A stretch of DNA of 64,000 nucleotides from NCBI GenBank assembly GCA_964016885.1, contig OZ024740.1, positions 313,906,001 through 313,970,000 of the forward strand, written 5' to 3'. Each line of letters opens with the position of its first letter. Positions within the stretch are counted from its first letter, which is position 1. The notes under the pieces are model-generated. The model was not told the DNA's origin. It did not search any database and saw only the letters and a list, made by a program, of their open reading frames with translations. A program made the translations under genes and the position numbers. This document shows, piece after piece, positions 1-13,901 of this stretch. Origin of the DNA: Eledone cirrhosa. Taxonomy: Eukaryota.

Positions 1-397
1 CATCTGCCTGACGCGCTCAACGTTGACCTCAGTCCTGGTTGTTGAGGGCCTTCCGCTCCTGGGTTCATCTTCCACGTCCTCTCGTCTTTCTTTAAACCTC
101 TTGCACCACTCAAAGACACGTGAGCGTGACATCGTCTCATCTCCATACATTTGCTGCAGCAATCCCAGTGCTTCTGACGGAGTTTTCAAGTTTGTTCGTT
201 GTTCATTGCTTGACGACCTAAAACAGAGGACATGTATATAAAATTATGAAGAAAAAAATTTGATCGCTGCAGAGAGCTAAGATTACAGTTACATACTCCA
301 GGGGGATTACTTTGAAGGAGAAAACTCTTAGTGTGAAGTTTGGGTTTGAAATAAATCTTTTGTGACATCAGTCCTGGAACTTTTCTGACACACCTCG
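1..397 (-). mobile_element. Mariner-type DNA transposon, left end with transposase N-terminal remnant
   Basis: Minus strand 1-170 reads LLQQMYGDETMSRSRVFEWCKRFK..EDVEDEPRSGRPSTTRTEVNVERVRQM (mariner HTH region). TIR CGAGGTGTGTCAGAAAAGTTCCAGGACTG ends at 397, followed by TA. Confidence 0.85.
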
Positions 398-1254
398 TAT
401 ATTCTACATTGGATACTTCGTGTGAAGTTTTCAATCAACTCAAACCTATTACAATTATGTTCTTTAATACATCTATGGAGTAATATCTAATGACCGATGT
501 TTTATAACTATGACTGCCATATTTATATCTTGCGTTTGAAATGCTCTACTGGGTTATTTCCCCTCGGTTATATTATTGAGATACATAAATAACGTCATTA
601 AATCTCCTTCATTTCTATATATATTGATCTCTCTTCGTTTTGCCAATTGAGTAATATATGTTTCGCTATGGAGGTCAATTAATCCTAAAACATGTCCGTT
701 GTTATGCGTTCACACAGGCCCAGACACACACACATACGCATATATACATACCCTATATATATATAAATATATATACATGTACTTACAAACTTACAACGAG
801 CATCCATTGCAACATATTATTATAATTTCAAAATCAGATAGGCCAACATTAGGTGATAACATTATAATTATTTATAGAATCTCATACAAAACAAGGGAAG
901 TAATTATGAAGGATTTGTTAATATCGAAATATAGATCAAGAATTAATACACAAGTACAGCATACGTGAAATCAATCATCAAAGCTGCCCAGTTTCAACTG
1001 TTGAACAATTTTAAATCAGGCGTCCATGATTTCCTACCATTTCCATGCTTCTTTACGACTTCAGCTAAGCACTTGATATGCATGCATGGTCCCATAACTC
1101 CTGGGGAAGTCGTTGGTCAGCCGTATAGACATATGGCGTTTCTACTGCATTGTTAAACCTGGCGGAGCCAATCTTTTCTCCATGTGTCAATGCAGCAGAT
1201 TTCTTCCAGAGAAGAATAGAGAGCAAAATTGTGGGAGTGAGAAAAAGATATATA

Positions 1255-1415
1255 GGAAGAATCGACTGCAGTACTACACTGGTATTTTTTTAATCGACCT
1301 TGAATGGTCGGCAAAGTTGACTTTGGCGGTATTTGAACTCAAGAGAGCAGAGAGTAGAAACAAATACCGCAAAACATTCTACACGACGTTCTAATGACTC
1401 TGCCAATTCACCGCC
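1255..1415 (-). mobile_element. SINE family A, degraded copy
   Basis: Matches the copies at 15802, 16035 and 55013 (gtcgat..aaaataccagt core, gagttcaaat B-box-like motif). Confidence 0.65.
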
Positions 1416-1419
1416 TAAG

Positions 1420-2440
1420 CACATGATAGCCATCGATAAAAACAAACTTGCTAATCACCAAATTGGACCAAGAAATGTCGATTATTTCTTACCAATCTCT
1501 GGAAGAGGTTTCCAGTAGCTGAGCTAAAACGTCAAAGTGTTATCTTCTCATGCGGCATGGTGTTGTTGTTAAAGCAATGTACAGAGATATCTCTAGGAAA
1601 TTAAAGCCCTGGGATACATTTAAATTTCAGTACATTCATACATTCAAACGTAAGGAATACTGATAGAATGGTCTCGCCAAAACTTCCATTAACTGCAGGC
1701 ATAACTGGCCACATTTAGTTATTTGAGACAGAAAACAAAACTATGTCCTACTGTAGAGACCAACTGTCCATCAGATGCGAACATTTCATTTAAAATTAGT
1801 GAGAAAGGATATATGTATAGTCAACTCTTCGAAACAACTTTATTCAGATAATAAATATAAATTTGTACCATTGATTTTTGTTACACATCGTTATAGTACT
1901 AAGTCTTTATGTAACAACCTAGTCAGTGGAGGCATGTGGCTTAGCATTTAGGATATGCGTAAGTTCGATTCCCGGCGTCACTATGTGCCCTTGAGAAATT
2001 CATGTTATTTCGCATTGCTTAGTCTACACAGCTGCCAAACCTGAGTTGTACCTATAATTTGAAAGACCTGCCTTGTCACACAAAGCGTTATACTAAATCT
2101 CCCTGAGAATATCGATAAGCGAATGCATATTTGTGTAATGTTCAGTCACTTACACATTAATTTCATGAGCAGGCTGTTCCGTTGATCAAACTGGTCGTCA
2201 GAACTGACGATGGTCTAACAACAATAACCTGGAAATACTTGTCTTTTACCCAAAATAAACAACCATCTCACTCATATTCTGAAGTCTTTAATCGGAACAA
2301 TTATTGTATATCAGCTTTTTTTCTGAAACTCAAAACGTAACTCTAGATTTTTGTTGTTATCTAAAATTTATATTATGGTGCCTTGTTTCTTAGAAACAAG
2401 CCCCTCTTCATCTAAAGATTTCAAATTAAATAATAAGGAA
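1420..2440 (+). pseudogene. Old, degraded R4/Dong-like retrotransposon 3' region, interrupted by a SINE
   Basis: Broken frames give YLLMRHGVV, CRHNWPHLVI*DRK and TVETNCPSDANISFKISEK, homologous to the RHD/NRPD/EISCP motifs of ORF 5108-7132. Confidence 0.6.
1928..2225 (+). mobile_element. tRNA-derived SINE family B
   Basis: GGAGGCATGTGGCTTAG..GTTCGATTCC head, gagcaggctgttccgttgatc body and (AAC)n tail. Flanked by aacaacct/aataacct (TSD-like). Related copies at 30117, 57745 and 62502. Confidence 0.7.
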
Positions 2441-3635
2441 TTGATGCATATACATTCGTATATACATGTATACAAACAAATCTTCGTGGCTTACTGAACA
2501 AAACAAAAATAAGAAACTCACTCTATGTATATATACATCAACAGGCAGACGCACAAACATACCAAACATACAAAAAAATATATAAATATATGTCTTACAT
2601 CACACAGACGTGTATACATGCATGTCCCATGTGGTTTCATACTCTGATTGAAATAATTACATGTTCAACAGTAACGAGTCCTTCTGTCTGGGTTTTACTA
2701 GAGGGACCTTGTCACTCTTTTGGTAACAAACTTTATGGTTTTGTCGTAGAATATTGAAACAAAAGTGTTGCATGTATATGTGTGTGTTTCATATATACAT
2801 ACATATAAACATACGCATACATACATACAGACCGACAGACAGATATATACACACATACATACACATGCATACGTAAGCACATACATATATGCTGACAGAC
2901 AGATGTATACACATACATACATGCGCACATACACACATATACATATATGCGTACATACATATGTATATACAAACATACATACATACATACATACATACAT
3001 ACAATGGCGACCGTTGTGGTCAGTGTCCGATAATTGGACGTGTGTAATTACGGCTTACATGAAGGCAACATACCATATATTGGAAAAAGTTGAGCTACAT
3101 TACGCGGTAAGATTACATACAATAATTCTACATAAGTGTTTGAACTGTAAGTGTGTTGTAAAACACCTATTTATATGAACGATACATACACTTATGATAT
3201 ATGAACGATACATACACTTTAACATATAAATGCAACGTTGTTATATTACATTTATAAAGAAATATAAAAGTAACGTTTTCGATTCAGAAACAAAAATATA
3301 AGTGTTTGAACTGTGAATGTTGTGAATATGTTGTAAAACACCTATTTATATGAATGATACATAAACTTTAACATATAAATACAGCGTTGTTATATTATAT
3401 TACATTCGTAAAGGAATATACTAAGTAACGGTTCTTTTTGTTCTCGATTCAAACGATTCAAGAACAACGTTTAAAACACAGTTGTAGAATTAAAAACTAA
3501 CTGAAAAGAAATATTACCCAAGCTGTGAATAACTTTAAATTTGATTCTGACAGAACTTTGTCGTAACTTTTAAAGAAGATCATCGACTATTAAAAAAAAA
3601 TAAATACAAAATATTAGTGAATAGACGAACTCATC

Positions 3636-5063
3636 ATGGCAAAAAGTACAAGTCTCCTTCGACCAAATCGCAATTACAACCGTTGTATACAGTGGAGCTA
3701 CGAGCTTAACAAAGAATTATATGAAGCATACAAACAATCTGAACCCCAAAAGTTCGGTTTTATGCAAAGGCTAAAAACTTTATGGAACTCCAAACACCCA
3801 GAATTAGACTTTTCTCCAAAGCATCTAAATGAACAGGCAAAACGTATCATTAGATGTAAATTGATACATCTAACGGAATCGAGTGATACTACAAATACAG
3901 CCCTTGTAGACAACCACCCCACCTCCACTGACAGACAAAGAGAATGGCCGGCTAAATCTAACAGTGAACAGCTCACCAACAATTTTGCTGAAATCCATCC
4001 CACTTCCACTGAAGAACAGCGAGAAAGGTCAGCTGACTCTAGTAGTAATTGTCACCACATCAACAACGAGGCTGCAATTCATGACTCTACTGAACAAACA
4101 GAGCACCAAAAACTTGTGGGCACCCTACAAGTGATATGGAACGATATGTTTCAAGAGATACACAGCCTTAATGTGAGTGACAGACCATACAACACTAGAG
4201 TCAGTAAAGAACCCACTAAATTGGAATTGGAAGCGGTGAACGAAATAGCTGGCAATTATCTGAAGGCTATACGATCTAAAGGTGTAGAAACGACATTTGA
4301 AACGCTCAATGTTTTGTTATATGTTTCAGCTGTCACATTGCTATCATATAACACACATCTAAAACCACGCAATCAAGATACAAACAGAAAGCCTGAACCA
4401 GCGTGGATGCGAAATTTAAAAACCAAAATTTTGTCCCTGAGACGAAGTATCTCACACATCGCAGTCGTTATGAAATGCAACATAGAGAGAAACTTCACAC
4501 GACACCAGGAAGACCTAAAGAAAAAGTTAGAGAGACGATTTGGAGATACCAAATTTAAAACTTTGAACTCCAAATTACACCAGTTGAAACAACAACTCAC
4601 AGCTACAACAAAAAGACTAAAATATAAGTCAACAGCCCATAAACGACAAGTGCTAAATAGATTGTTTGCCAGAGATCCTAAATCAGTTTATCGCAGCTTC
4701 GGTGGCAAAAGCTCAATCCCTGTAAACGACACCCCTTCAAAAGAACAGGTTGAGAACTACTGGAGATCTGTATGGGAAACGGATGACGGATTCAACAGAC
4801 AAGCTAATTGGCTAAAACAACTGGAACAGGACTACTGCCAACATGTCCAGACAAAACAATATGACATAGATGAGTCAATACTGGAAACAGCTCTACAGAA
4901 AATGTCGAATAGGAAATCGCCAGGCCCAGACCTCATTACAGGATACTGGTTGAAGAATTTCACTTTCTATCGGCAAGATCTCATACGGCTGTTTACAGAA
5001 ACCATTAAGGGCACACAAGAACTGCCCAGATGGTTATCAACTGCCACTACTCTCCTTGCTAAA
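3636..5063 (+). CDS. Dong/R4 ORF, N-terminal half (up to the frameshift near 5063)
   Basis: ORF 3636-5177 carries PAWMRNL, NRLFARDPKSVYR and KSPGPDLITGYWLK (pre-RT motifs). Homology continues in the other frame as TTLAKNYRPIACQNIMYK. Confidence 0.8.
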
Positions 5064-7132
5064 CCACCCTTGCTAAAAATTACCGCCCAATTGCCTGCCA
5101 AAACATCATGTATAAATTATATACTGGGTGCCTTAACCTGTTCTTACAAGATCACTGTGCTACCAACAACATCATAACACCTGAGCAAGCTGGTGGAAAG
5201 AGGGAGGTGTGGGGTTGCATAGATCACCTACTAACTAACAAAATGATTCAGGAAAAAACAACAAAGAATCGCAGAAACATGACTGTCGTGTGGCTGGACT
5301 ATCAAAAAGCATTTGATAGTGTACCTCATGGGTGGATTATTAAGGCTTTACAGTTAGCTAAAGTCCCACAACCATTAGTAGCTGCTGTTGAACGCCTGAC
5401 CAAGAACTGGTACACCAATTTGATCCTTAGAGGTGAGAAGGAGCAGGTTAAGACTGATAGGATACATTACCAGAAGGGCATCTTTCAGGGTGATAGCTTG
5501 TCAGTACTACTCTTCGTTCTCTCACTGAATCCACTATCTTACCTACTCAGGAAACAAGGTGGACAAAGAAGTGGGCCCAGAAGTATCTCCCATCTTTTCT
5601 TTGTTGATGACCTGAAGTTGTATGGGCCAAATATCAATGACATCAAGAAACAATTGGACCTCATTACACAATTTTCAACCGACATCAAAATGAAATTTGG
5701 TGAGTCCAAGTGTGCATATTTGGCAGTAAAACGTGGAAGAGCTGTGCCCTCCTCTAGAAATCTAGATATGAACGGCCTGACAATACAACCTCTGCAGTCA
5801 GGTGACAACTACAGATATCTTGGACAGGATGAGAATGTCAGATATGATGGACCCATAAATAAGGAGAGAACCAGAACTGAATACCTCAGAAGAGTAAAAA
5901 AAATATGGTCATCAGAACTGTCAGCATACAACAAATACATTGCCCACAATACCTATGCTGTGCCAATTCTAACGCCAACATTTGGCCTACTGAACTGGTC
6001 ATTGCAAGAACTAAGTGAGATGGATGTTAGAACTCGTAAACTTCTCAGTGTTACTGGGAACTTTAACATCAATGGTGATGTGGATAGGCTATACTTCTCA
6101 CGCAAGGAAGGTGGCCGGGGTCTAAAATCAATATTAACAACATATGAAACCCGGATAGTAACACTGAAGCAACACCTTCAACAGAGGAAAAAGGTTGGCG
6201 ACCATCTTGCTCAGGTTTATGAGCATGAAAAAAGAAATATCATTAGAATAGCGACTGATCTGGAGGAGAGATATGGAATAAAGCCTGATATAAATCTCTC
6301 ACCCAGAGAAATCGGAAGATCCTATTCAATGTTCAAACAAGAAAAAAAAATTGACCAATTTACAGAGAAAGTTGTGCATGGATACTTGAGGCGTAAAACA
6401 CAGACCATAGAGGGGATAAACCACTCAAAAAGCCTGGCATGGAGTTCCGACAAGTTTATGTCATCACACCTTGAGGGATATCTCTATGCAATACAGGAAC
6501 AAGAACTCCCTACCAAATATCTGCTGCACAAAAGAGGAGGGCCAGCAGCTGACAATAAATGTAGGCTATGTAAAACAAAGATCGAGGATGTAAGCCACAT
6601 TGTTGCCAGCTGCGAAAGAATGTCATCTCGCTACTACCTCCCCATGAGACACGATGGGATAGCTAGAACTATCTGGAACGCACTTCGGAAAACAAAATTA
6701 ACAACAAACGAGGAAGAATATATTGAGACAGATGGCACTAAGGAATACTGGTGGAACCTGAAAATAAAAACTGCCACCAAATTAAAGCACAACCGGCCTG
6801 ATATTGTAGTTTGGGACCACACATTGAAAACGTGTTCTGTTGTGGAGATCAGCTGCCCACTTGATGTAAACGTTGTCAGAAAAATACAGGAGAAGGAGGA
6901 CATCTACGGACCATTGATGAGGAGCTTACAAATCCAGTATCCAAGATACACCTTTAGCTTCATACCCATCATTATTGGTGCTACGGGTTATATACCAACC
7001 CGCTTGGACCAAAGTATGACCGAACTTGGATTTGCGGACAAAAAGCGCAGCTCCCTAATTCATAGTCTACAAATGGCTGCGATAGCTGGCACCTTCAAAA
7101 TATGCAAAACATTCTTGCGATTCAAGGGATGA
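5064..7132 (+). CDS. Dong/R4 ORF, C-terminal half: reverse transcriptase, CCHC zinc knuckle, restriction-like endonuclease
   Basis: NYRPIAC, WLDYQKAFDSVPH, GIFQGDSLS, LFFVDDLKLY, GGRGL, CRLC..HIVASC, RHD, NRPDIVVWD..VVEISCP..KEDIY. Confidence 0.92.
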
Positions 7133-7599
7133 CAATTTCTTTTCTTTTACAACCTTGCCACCAGGAAGGTGGCCGGTCAAAAAAATATACTCGAAATTAA
7201 GAGAAAGAGAAAACATACATACATACATACATACATACATACATACATACATACATACATACATACATAGACACGTACAAATATATATACATACACACTT
7301 ACGTATGCATGTGCAAATATAAAGACACATACTTTCCTACGTGCAGACATACATGATGGCTGCAAACTCCCGCTAAGAGTATTGCAATCGCTTGTCAGAT
7401 TCAGATGTGGGACGTTCGGATATGGCTTTTCAAGCCTGCTAGAGACTTGCACTCCTTCGCACACTGACAACTATGGATTGCCCTGGCCTCAGGTCTTGCA
7501 TCAGGTTGCCTGTGAACCTTCACAATACCGTGGAGATCATAGCTCACTGTTTATCTCGTACGATCATTTATATATACAATGATACATACATACACATGT

Positions 7600-7640
<41 letters not shown>

Positions 7641-7810
7641 TACACATGTATACATATATACATACACATTTATACGTATATACGTACACATATATACACA
7701 CACACATACATACACATACATACATGCATACATACATGCATACATACATACATACATACATACATACATACATACATACATACATACATACATACATACA
7801 TACATACATA

Positions 7811-7976
7811 CAGCTCCCTAATTCATAGTCTACAAATGGCTGCGATAGCTGGCACCTTCAAAATATGCAAAACATTCTTGCGATTCAAGGGATGACAATT
7901 TCTTTTCTTTTACAACCTTGCCACCAGGAAGGTGGCCGGTCTAAAAAATATACTCGAAATTAAGAGAAAGAGAAAA
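7811..7976 (+). mobile_element. 5'-truncated copy of the same Dong element
   Basis: Nearly identical to 7048-7213; (CATA)n on both sides. Confidence 0.92.
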
Positions 7977-8009
7977 CATACATACATACATACATACATA
8001 CATACATAC

Positions 8010-8809
8010 ATCGAGGATATCAGCCATGTCATCAGCAGCTGTCCAAAGATGTCATCGCGGTACTATCTACCTACGAGGCATGATGTAGTGGCCAAAACAC
8101 TGTACAATGCAGTTCGTAAAAAAGATAGCCCCGATAATAAACACATTAAAAACTACAACAATATGGAAGACATCCATGTACATAATATGAAAGAGTACTG
8201 GTGGAATGTTCCAGTAAAAACCCAATAAAATGCAGGCATAACAGACCAGATATTATGATATGGGACAGGGAGAAGAAAGCAGCATGCACAGTAGTGGAAA
8301 TTAGCTGCTCAGCAGATGCCAATATAATATCAAAGATTAGCGAAAAGGAGAATATTTATGCAGAACTGATGAGAAATCTGCAGATACTCCACCCTGATTA
8401 CACCTTCAGATTTATGCCTGTGATTATTGGGACACTGGGATATGTTAGTAACTGCCCCAATACAAATCTTGAGAAGCTAGGCTTCACAGGAACAGAAAGA
8501 ACACAACTAGTTAGGAAACTACAAGTACAATCCATTAATGGAACAGTAAAAATATGTAAAACATTCCAAAAATGTTGCATCTAATAACTGCATATACACA
8601 TGTACAGATACAAAGCATATACACATGCACACATACAACTCAAAACATACCATCCGCACATACAATAACATCCATATCTACACATGCATGCATACATAAT
8701 CTACCTAGCTGATGTTGTGTAAATTCCAATGAGAGAGTCTTGTGTCTATGTTAGAAACCGTCTCTCTCTCTATTGGGAAAACATTTGTGAAATTATAAAA
8801 CCAGAAGAA
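8010..8809 (+). mobile_element. 5'-truncated Dong-like element, family B (RLE domain plus 3' UTR)
   Basis: IEDISHVISSCPKMSSRYYLPTRHD and CRHNRPDIMIWD..VVEISC, with a frameshift. Different 3' UTR ending ataaaaccagaagaa, then (CATA)n. Confidence 0.85.
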
Positions 8810-9260
8810 CATACATACATACAAATGCAATCGATCAGTTCTACAATAAATATTTGTATAGCATTTTGAAGAATCTCCATTTTATTTTATTTGAATTAGT
8901 ACAACCACAAACGCGCATATAGCACACAGAAACCTCAGAAAAACTCGGGTGAAACGTAAAAACACACCCACATACACTAAAGGAGGGTGTACGTTCATTA
9001 TATGGATGCAGATATATCAACAGAGACCACTATGTATATGTGCCGTTAGTCACGAATTCCTGGGACTATCATAGCACGAAAAGACATGCGTCGCTGATTT
9101 GTTAGTATTCGGCTTGAATTGTGCGAACTTTGAGGCATACTATATAGAATACATACATACATGACATGCATACATACATACATACATACATACATACATA
9201 CATACATACATACATACATACATACATACATACATACATACATACATACATACATACATA

Positions 9261-9826
9261 ATGGTATGGGACAGGTAAAAGAAGACACGCACAGTAGTGG
9301 AAGTTAGCCGCCCAACAGATGCCAATATAATCTTAAAGATCAGCAAAAAGGAGAATATCTGTGCAGAAATAATGAAAAATCTAAAGAGACTCCACCCTGA
9401 CTATACCTTCAGATTTATGCCTGTAATTATTGGGGCACTAGGATATAATAGTAACTGCCTCAGTACAAATCTTGAGAAACTAGGCTTCACAGAACCAGAA
9501 AGAACACAACTAGTTAGGAAATTACAAGTACAATCCATTAATGGAACAGTATAAATATGTAAAACATTCCAAATATTCTGCATGTAATAACAGCATATAC
9601 ACATGTACAGATACAAAGCATATGCACATGCACACATACACATCCACATCCACATATACATTAACATCCACACCTGCACACATTCATACATGCAGGCATG
9701 CATACATATCTACCTAGTTGATGTTTAAATTCCAATGAGAAAGTCTTGTATCTATTTTAGAAACTGACTCTCTCTCTCTCTCTCTCACTATTGGAAAAAA
9801 ATTGTGAAATTATAAAACCAGAAGGA
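9261..9826 (+). mobile_element. 5'-truncated Dong-like family B copy
   Basis: Paralogous to 8255-8809; (CATA)n on both sides. Confidence 0.85.
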
Positions 9827-10019
9827 CATACATACATACATACATACATACATACATACATACATACATACATACATAACTACGCACGGGTGTACGTATG
9901 CATATACGTATATATCATATACACGCATTTACACACACATGGAGTGTCTTTTATTGAAGCTACGATAGACTGACTTGGGATGGCTGACATAACTTATTCA
10001 GCATTTACTGCTTATACTC

Positions 10020-11528
10020 TGTAGATATATATTTTCGTTTTTCTGTTGTAACTGTGAGTTGTTGTTTCACATGGTGTAATTTGGAGTTTAGGGTTCTAAA
10101 TCCTGTATCTCCACATCGCCTGGGGCTTCCTGATGTCATGTGAAATTCTTGTTTATATTATATTTCATAACGACAACGATCTATGAGATATTTCGTCGCA
10201 GGACAACATTTCATATTTTAAGGTACGTGCCCATGCTGGGTCAGGCTTTCTGCTTGAATCTCGATTGCTTGGCTTCATATCTTTGTGATACTCTAGCAAT
10301 GGGATAGCTGAGATATATATCAAAATGTTAACGATTTCGTATCTTGTTTTCAGACCTTTGGAATGTGTGGCTTTCGGATAATTTTCTGCTATTTCGTTTA
10401 CTACCTCAAATTCTAATTTACTGGGTTCTTTACATATATTGATGTTGTGTAGCCTGTCAGTCAAATTAACTTTGTGGACCTGTTGAACATATCCTGCCCG
10501 ATCAGTTGTAAGGTATCCACGAGTTTCTGGTGTTCTTCTGCTTGTACAGTAGAGGTATGGAAATCAGCTATATTTGTGGTGTGTTGTTTACTGCTAGATT
10601 TATGTGACTTGTCTGCCTGACCATCAGCGGAAGTTGGAAAGCTATCTTCAATGGCTGGCTTTGTAGTGCCAGCCTGCTTTGAATCAGAGAGTTCCGTTAA
10701 ATGAATCGATTTACATTTAATGAATGTTTTGTAAAAAACATCTAATTCTGGATGTTTGGACTTCCATAAATTGTGTAGCCTTTGCATTAAACTGAACTTT
10801 TTGGAGTCAAATGAAATACATCTATATATATAAAACTGAGGATGTCTGTCTGTGTGTGTGTGTGTCTGTGAGTTTGAATCCCTAAAACTCGAGAAGTACC
10901 CAACCGATTTTTTCAAACTTTACATGTGTATTACTTATGTTTCAGGAAGTGTTATGCACATAAAAAAATTCAACTTTCTGATCCCCTAGGGCCCACATTA
11001 GGTGAAAAACTGCGGTTTTTTTTCAGCTTTTTAGGGGTTTTTTTTAGGCGTTACGTCAGACCAATTTCCTTGAAATTGTAACTATGTATTAGTCAGTCTC
11101 TTCTTCATACCGTGAGCAAAGAAAATCCAACTTTTCTATGGCCTAGGGCCCGCATTAGGTGAAAGACTTCATTTTTTTCAGCTTTTATGGCTTTTTTGAG
11201 TCGTTACGTTTAGCCGATTTTCCCGAAATTTCAAGGCACATTAAAAAAAATCATTTTCTTGATCCCCTAGGGCCCGCATTAGGTGAAAACCTGCATTTTT
11301 CCTGCTTCATCGAGGAAAATCTTAAAGATGATCCAGCCATCAGAGTATTCGGTTTATTTTCTTTACATATTGTCCAGGCATGCAGTCTTTCCACGATTAG
11401 GTCTGTTGGCCCGCGTTCCAAAATACCTTATCCCGCGCAACGTCTAGTGCTTCATATAAATCTTTGTTACAATTGTTGCTCTATTGTATACAATGACTGT
11501 AGTCCCGGTTTAGTCGAAGGAGTTTAGT
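10020..11528 (-). pseudogene. Degraded N-terminal fragment of a Dong-like ORF, split by a Helitron
   Basis: Minus-strand KLLRLNRDYSHCIQ*..NKDLYEA | CISFDSKKFSLMQRLHNLWKSKHPEL..KEPSKLEFEVVNEIAENY..KPDPAWAR aligns with the start of ORF 3636. Confidence 0.8.
10821..11447 (+). mobile_element. Non-autonomous Helitron-like element
   Basis: Starts TCTATATATATAAAA, ends CTAG, and sits between host A and T with no TSD. Removing it restores the Dong frame. Three internal repeats of cctagggccc(g/a)cattaggtgaaa. Confidence 0.8.
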
Positions 11529-11940
11529 AATGTATGTATGTGTGTTATGCACGATGACATGGAAATACCCGGTTTTGTGCCTGAGCATGTGGTTAGCCAC
11601 CATGAGTGAGACCCCAAGTTAAGACATCATTCAAGGAAAAGGAAAACTCTGATGTAAAACCTGCGAATCGATGATGTTGACTTGTTTTTCTTTTTGGATA
11701 TCTGACACAGTTGCTCAGAGAATGGGATTCATCAATTTAAAAAGCCTCAAGATCAAGCCCTGGCATCACTTAATCTAAACGATTTTCACCTGTGTTGCAT
11801 GACCATAGGCTTTTTTTACTTTCGTCGCAGCATATGCAGAAAGGAATCTGTGCCTTCGGCAGAGTTACAAAGTTATGGTCATGCGGCCCATGTATGAAAA
11901 AGGTGAAGGGATGGCAATTCTCGAAATCGGGATGCAGTCA

Positions 11941-11941
<1 letters not shown>

Positions 11942-11971
<30 letters not shown>

Positions 11972-12496
11972 TGTATGTATGTATGTATGTATGTATGTAT
12001 GTATGTATGAATGTATGTATGTATGTATGTATGTATGAATGTATGTATGAATGTATGTATGTATGTATGTATGTATGTATGTATGTATGTATGTATGAAT
12101 GTATGTATGTATGTATGTATGTATGTATGTATGTATGTATGTATGTATGTATGAATGTATGTATGTATGTATGTATGTATGTATGTATGTATGTATGTAT
12201 GAATGTATGTATGAATGTGTGTATGTATGTATGTATGAATGTGTGTATGTATGTATGTATGAATGTATGTATGTATGTATGAATGTATGTATGTATGTAT
12301 GTATGTATGTATGTATGTATGTATGTATGTATGTATGTATGTATGAATGAATGTGTGTATGTATGTATGTATGAATGTATGTATGTATGTATGTATGTAT
12401 GTATGTATGTATGTATGTATGTATGAATGTATGTATGAATGTGTGTATGTATGTATGTATGAATGTATGTATGTATGTGTGTATGTATGTATGTAT
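11942..12496. repeat. (TATG)n microsatellite with TGAA interruptions
   Basis: Directly visible. Confidence 0.95.
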
Positions 12497-12818
12497 TTAT
12501 AAATCGCTGGATCTACACATAAACATGTGTATATGAACGAAACAACACAACGCAGAAATTTAGTTAAATAAAATCTGAGAATATTATATAAAAACTAAAA
12601 AGTAAATTTGAGAAAGTAAACAAGAAAAAATATGGATATAGTAAAAGGTGAGGAGGGGTTAAGTTGAATAAACAGATGAATTGATAACTAGTGTAAATAA
12701 TAACTAAATAGATTCCTAGATAACAAGCTAACAAGTACTGTATTAAATTAACAACTGCTCAGAGGCGTAAAGAGTTTATCAATACGTTTACGCACAATGT
12801 GACAGGCAAAAGATATAA

Positions 12819-12883
<65 letters not shown>

Positions 12884-12953
12884 AATATATATATATTGCA
12901 TATATATATATCTATACATACACGTATATATATATTATATATCATATACATAA

Positions 12954-13017
<64 letters not shown>

Positions 13018-13136
13018 CCATATACATATATATGTATATATATATATATATACGTATATATATATATTATGTACATATATTACATATATTATATATATAT
13101 ATATACATATATATATACATACACCCACACACACAT

Positions 13137-13204
<68 letters not shown>

Positions 13205-13462
13205 ATTAAAGTGAAACAGTTGATAAATGTTGTAAGTTGTGGTGCTGGTGAATAAGAGGATGAATTTGTGGTGCATTCATGAAAGCAGTTGAAAAAAAAA
13301 ACCGTGCTCCTGGTGTTTATATTTTCCCAGATATTTTAGTGGCATTATATACAATTGAATGCTCCTGAAATAATTACACGCACATACACACATGTAGATA
13401 CAGCTATTTAAATATATGCTTATAACGACATAGAAATATATACATTCTCTCTCTCTTTCTCA

Positions 13463-13497
<35 letters not shown>

Positions 13498-13537
13498 ACT
13501 CTCTCTCTTTCTCTTTCTCTCACACACACACTCACAT

Positions 13538-13614
<77 letters not shown>

Positions 13615-13735
13615 TGATGACCCTGTGATAAACATGCAAAACTCCAGAATAGCAAGACTCACTATTTTGCCTTAATACAATGAATATATATATGTATTAT
13701 ATATATTAGTCTGTGTGTATGTGTGTGTAAAGCTT

Positions 13736-13901
<166 letters not shown>

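Larger units (their letters stand above)
3004..7213 (+). mobile_element. Near full-length R4/Dong-clade non-LTR retrotransposon (RT plus RLE) inserted in (CATA)n
   Basis: Flanked on both sides by (CATA)n. One coding region split by a single frameshift. The 3' end ...GAGAAAGAGAAAA is identical in the copies at 7811 and 59333. Confidence 0.9.

Noticed and set aside
13613-13655. CTGATGA followed by AAAACTCCAG as a hammerhead
   Set aside because: No GAAA, no stem II and no stem I pairing.
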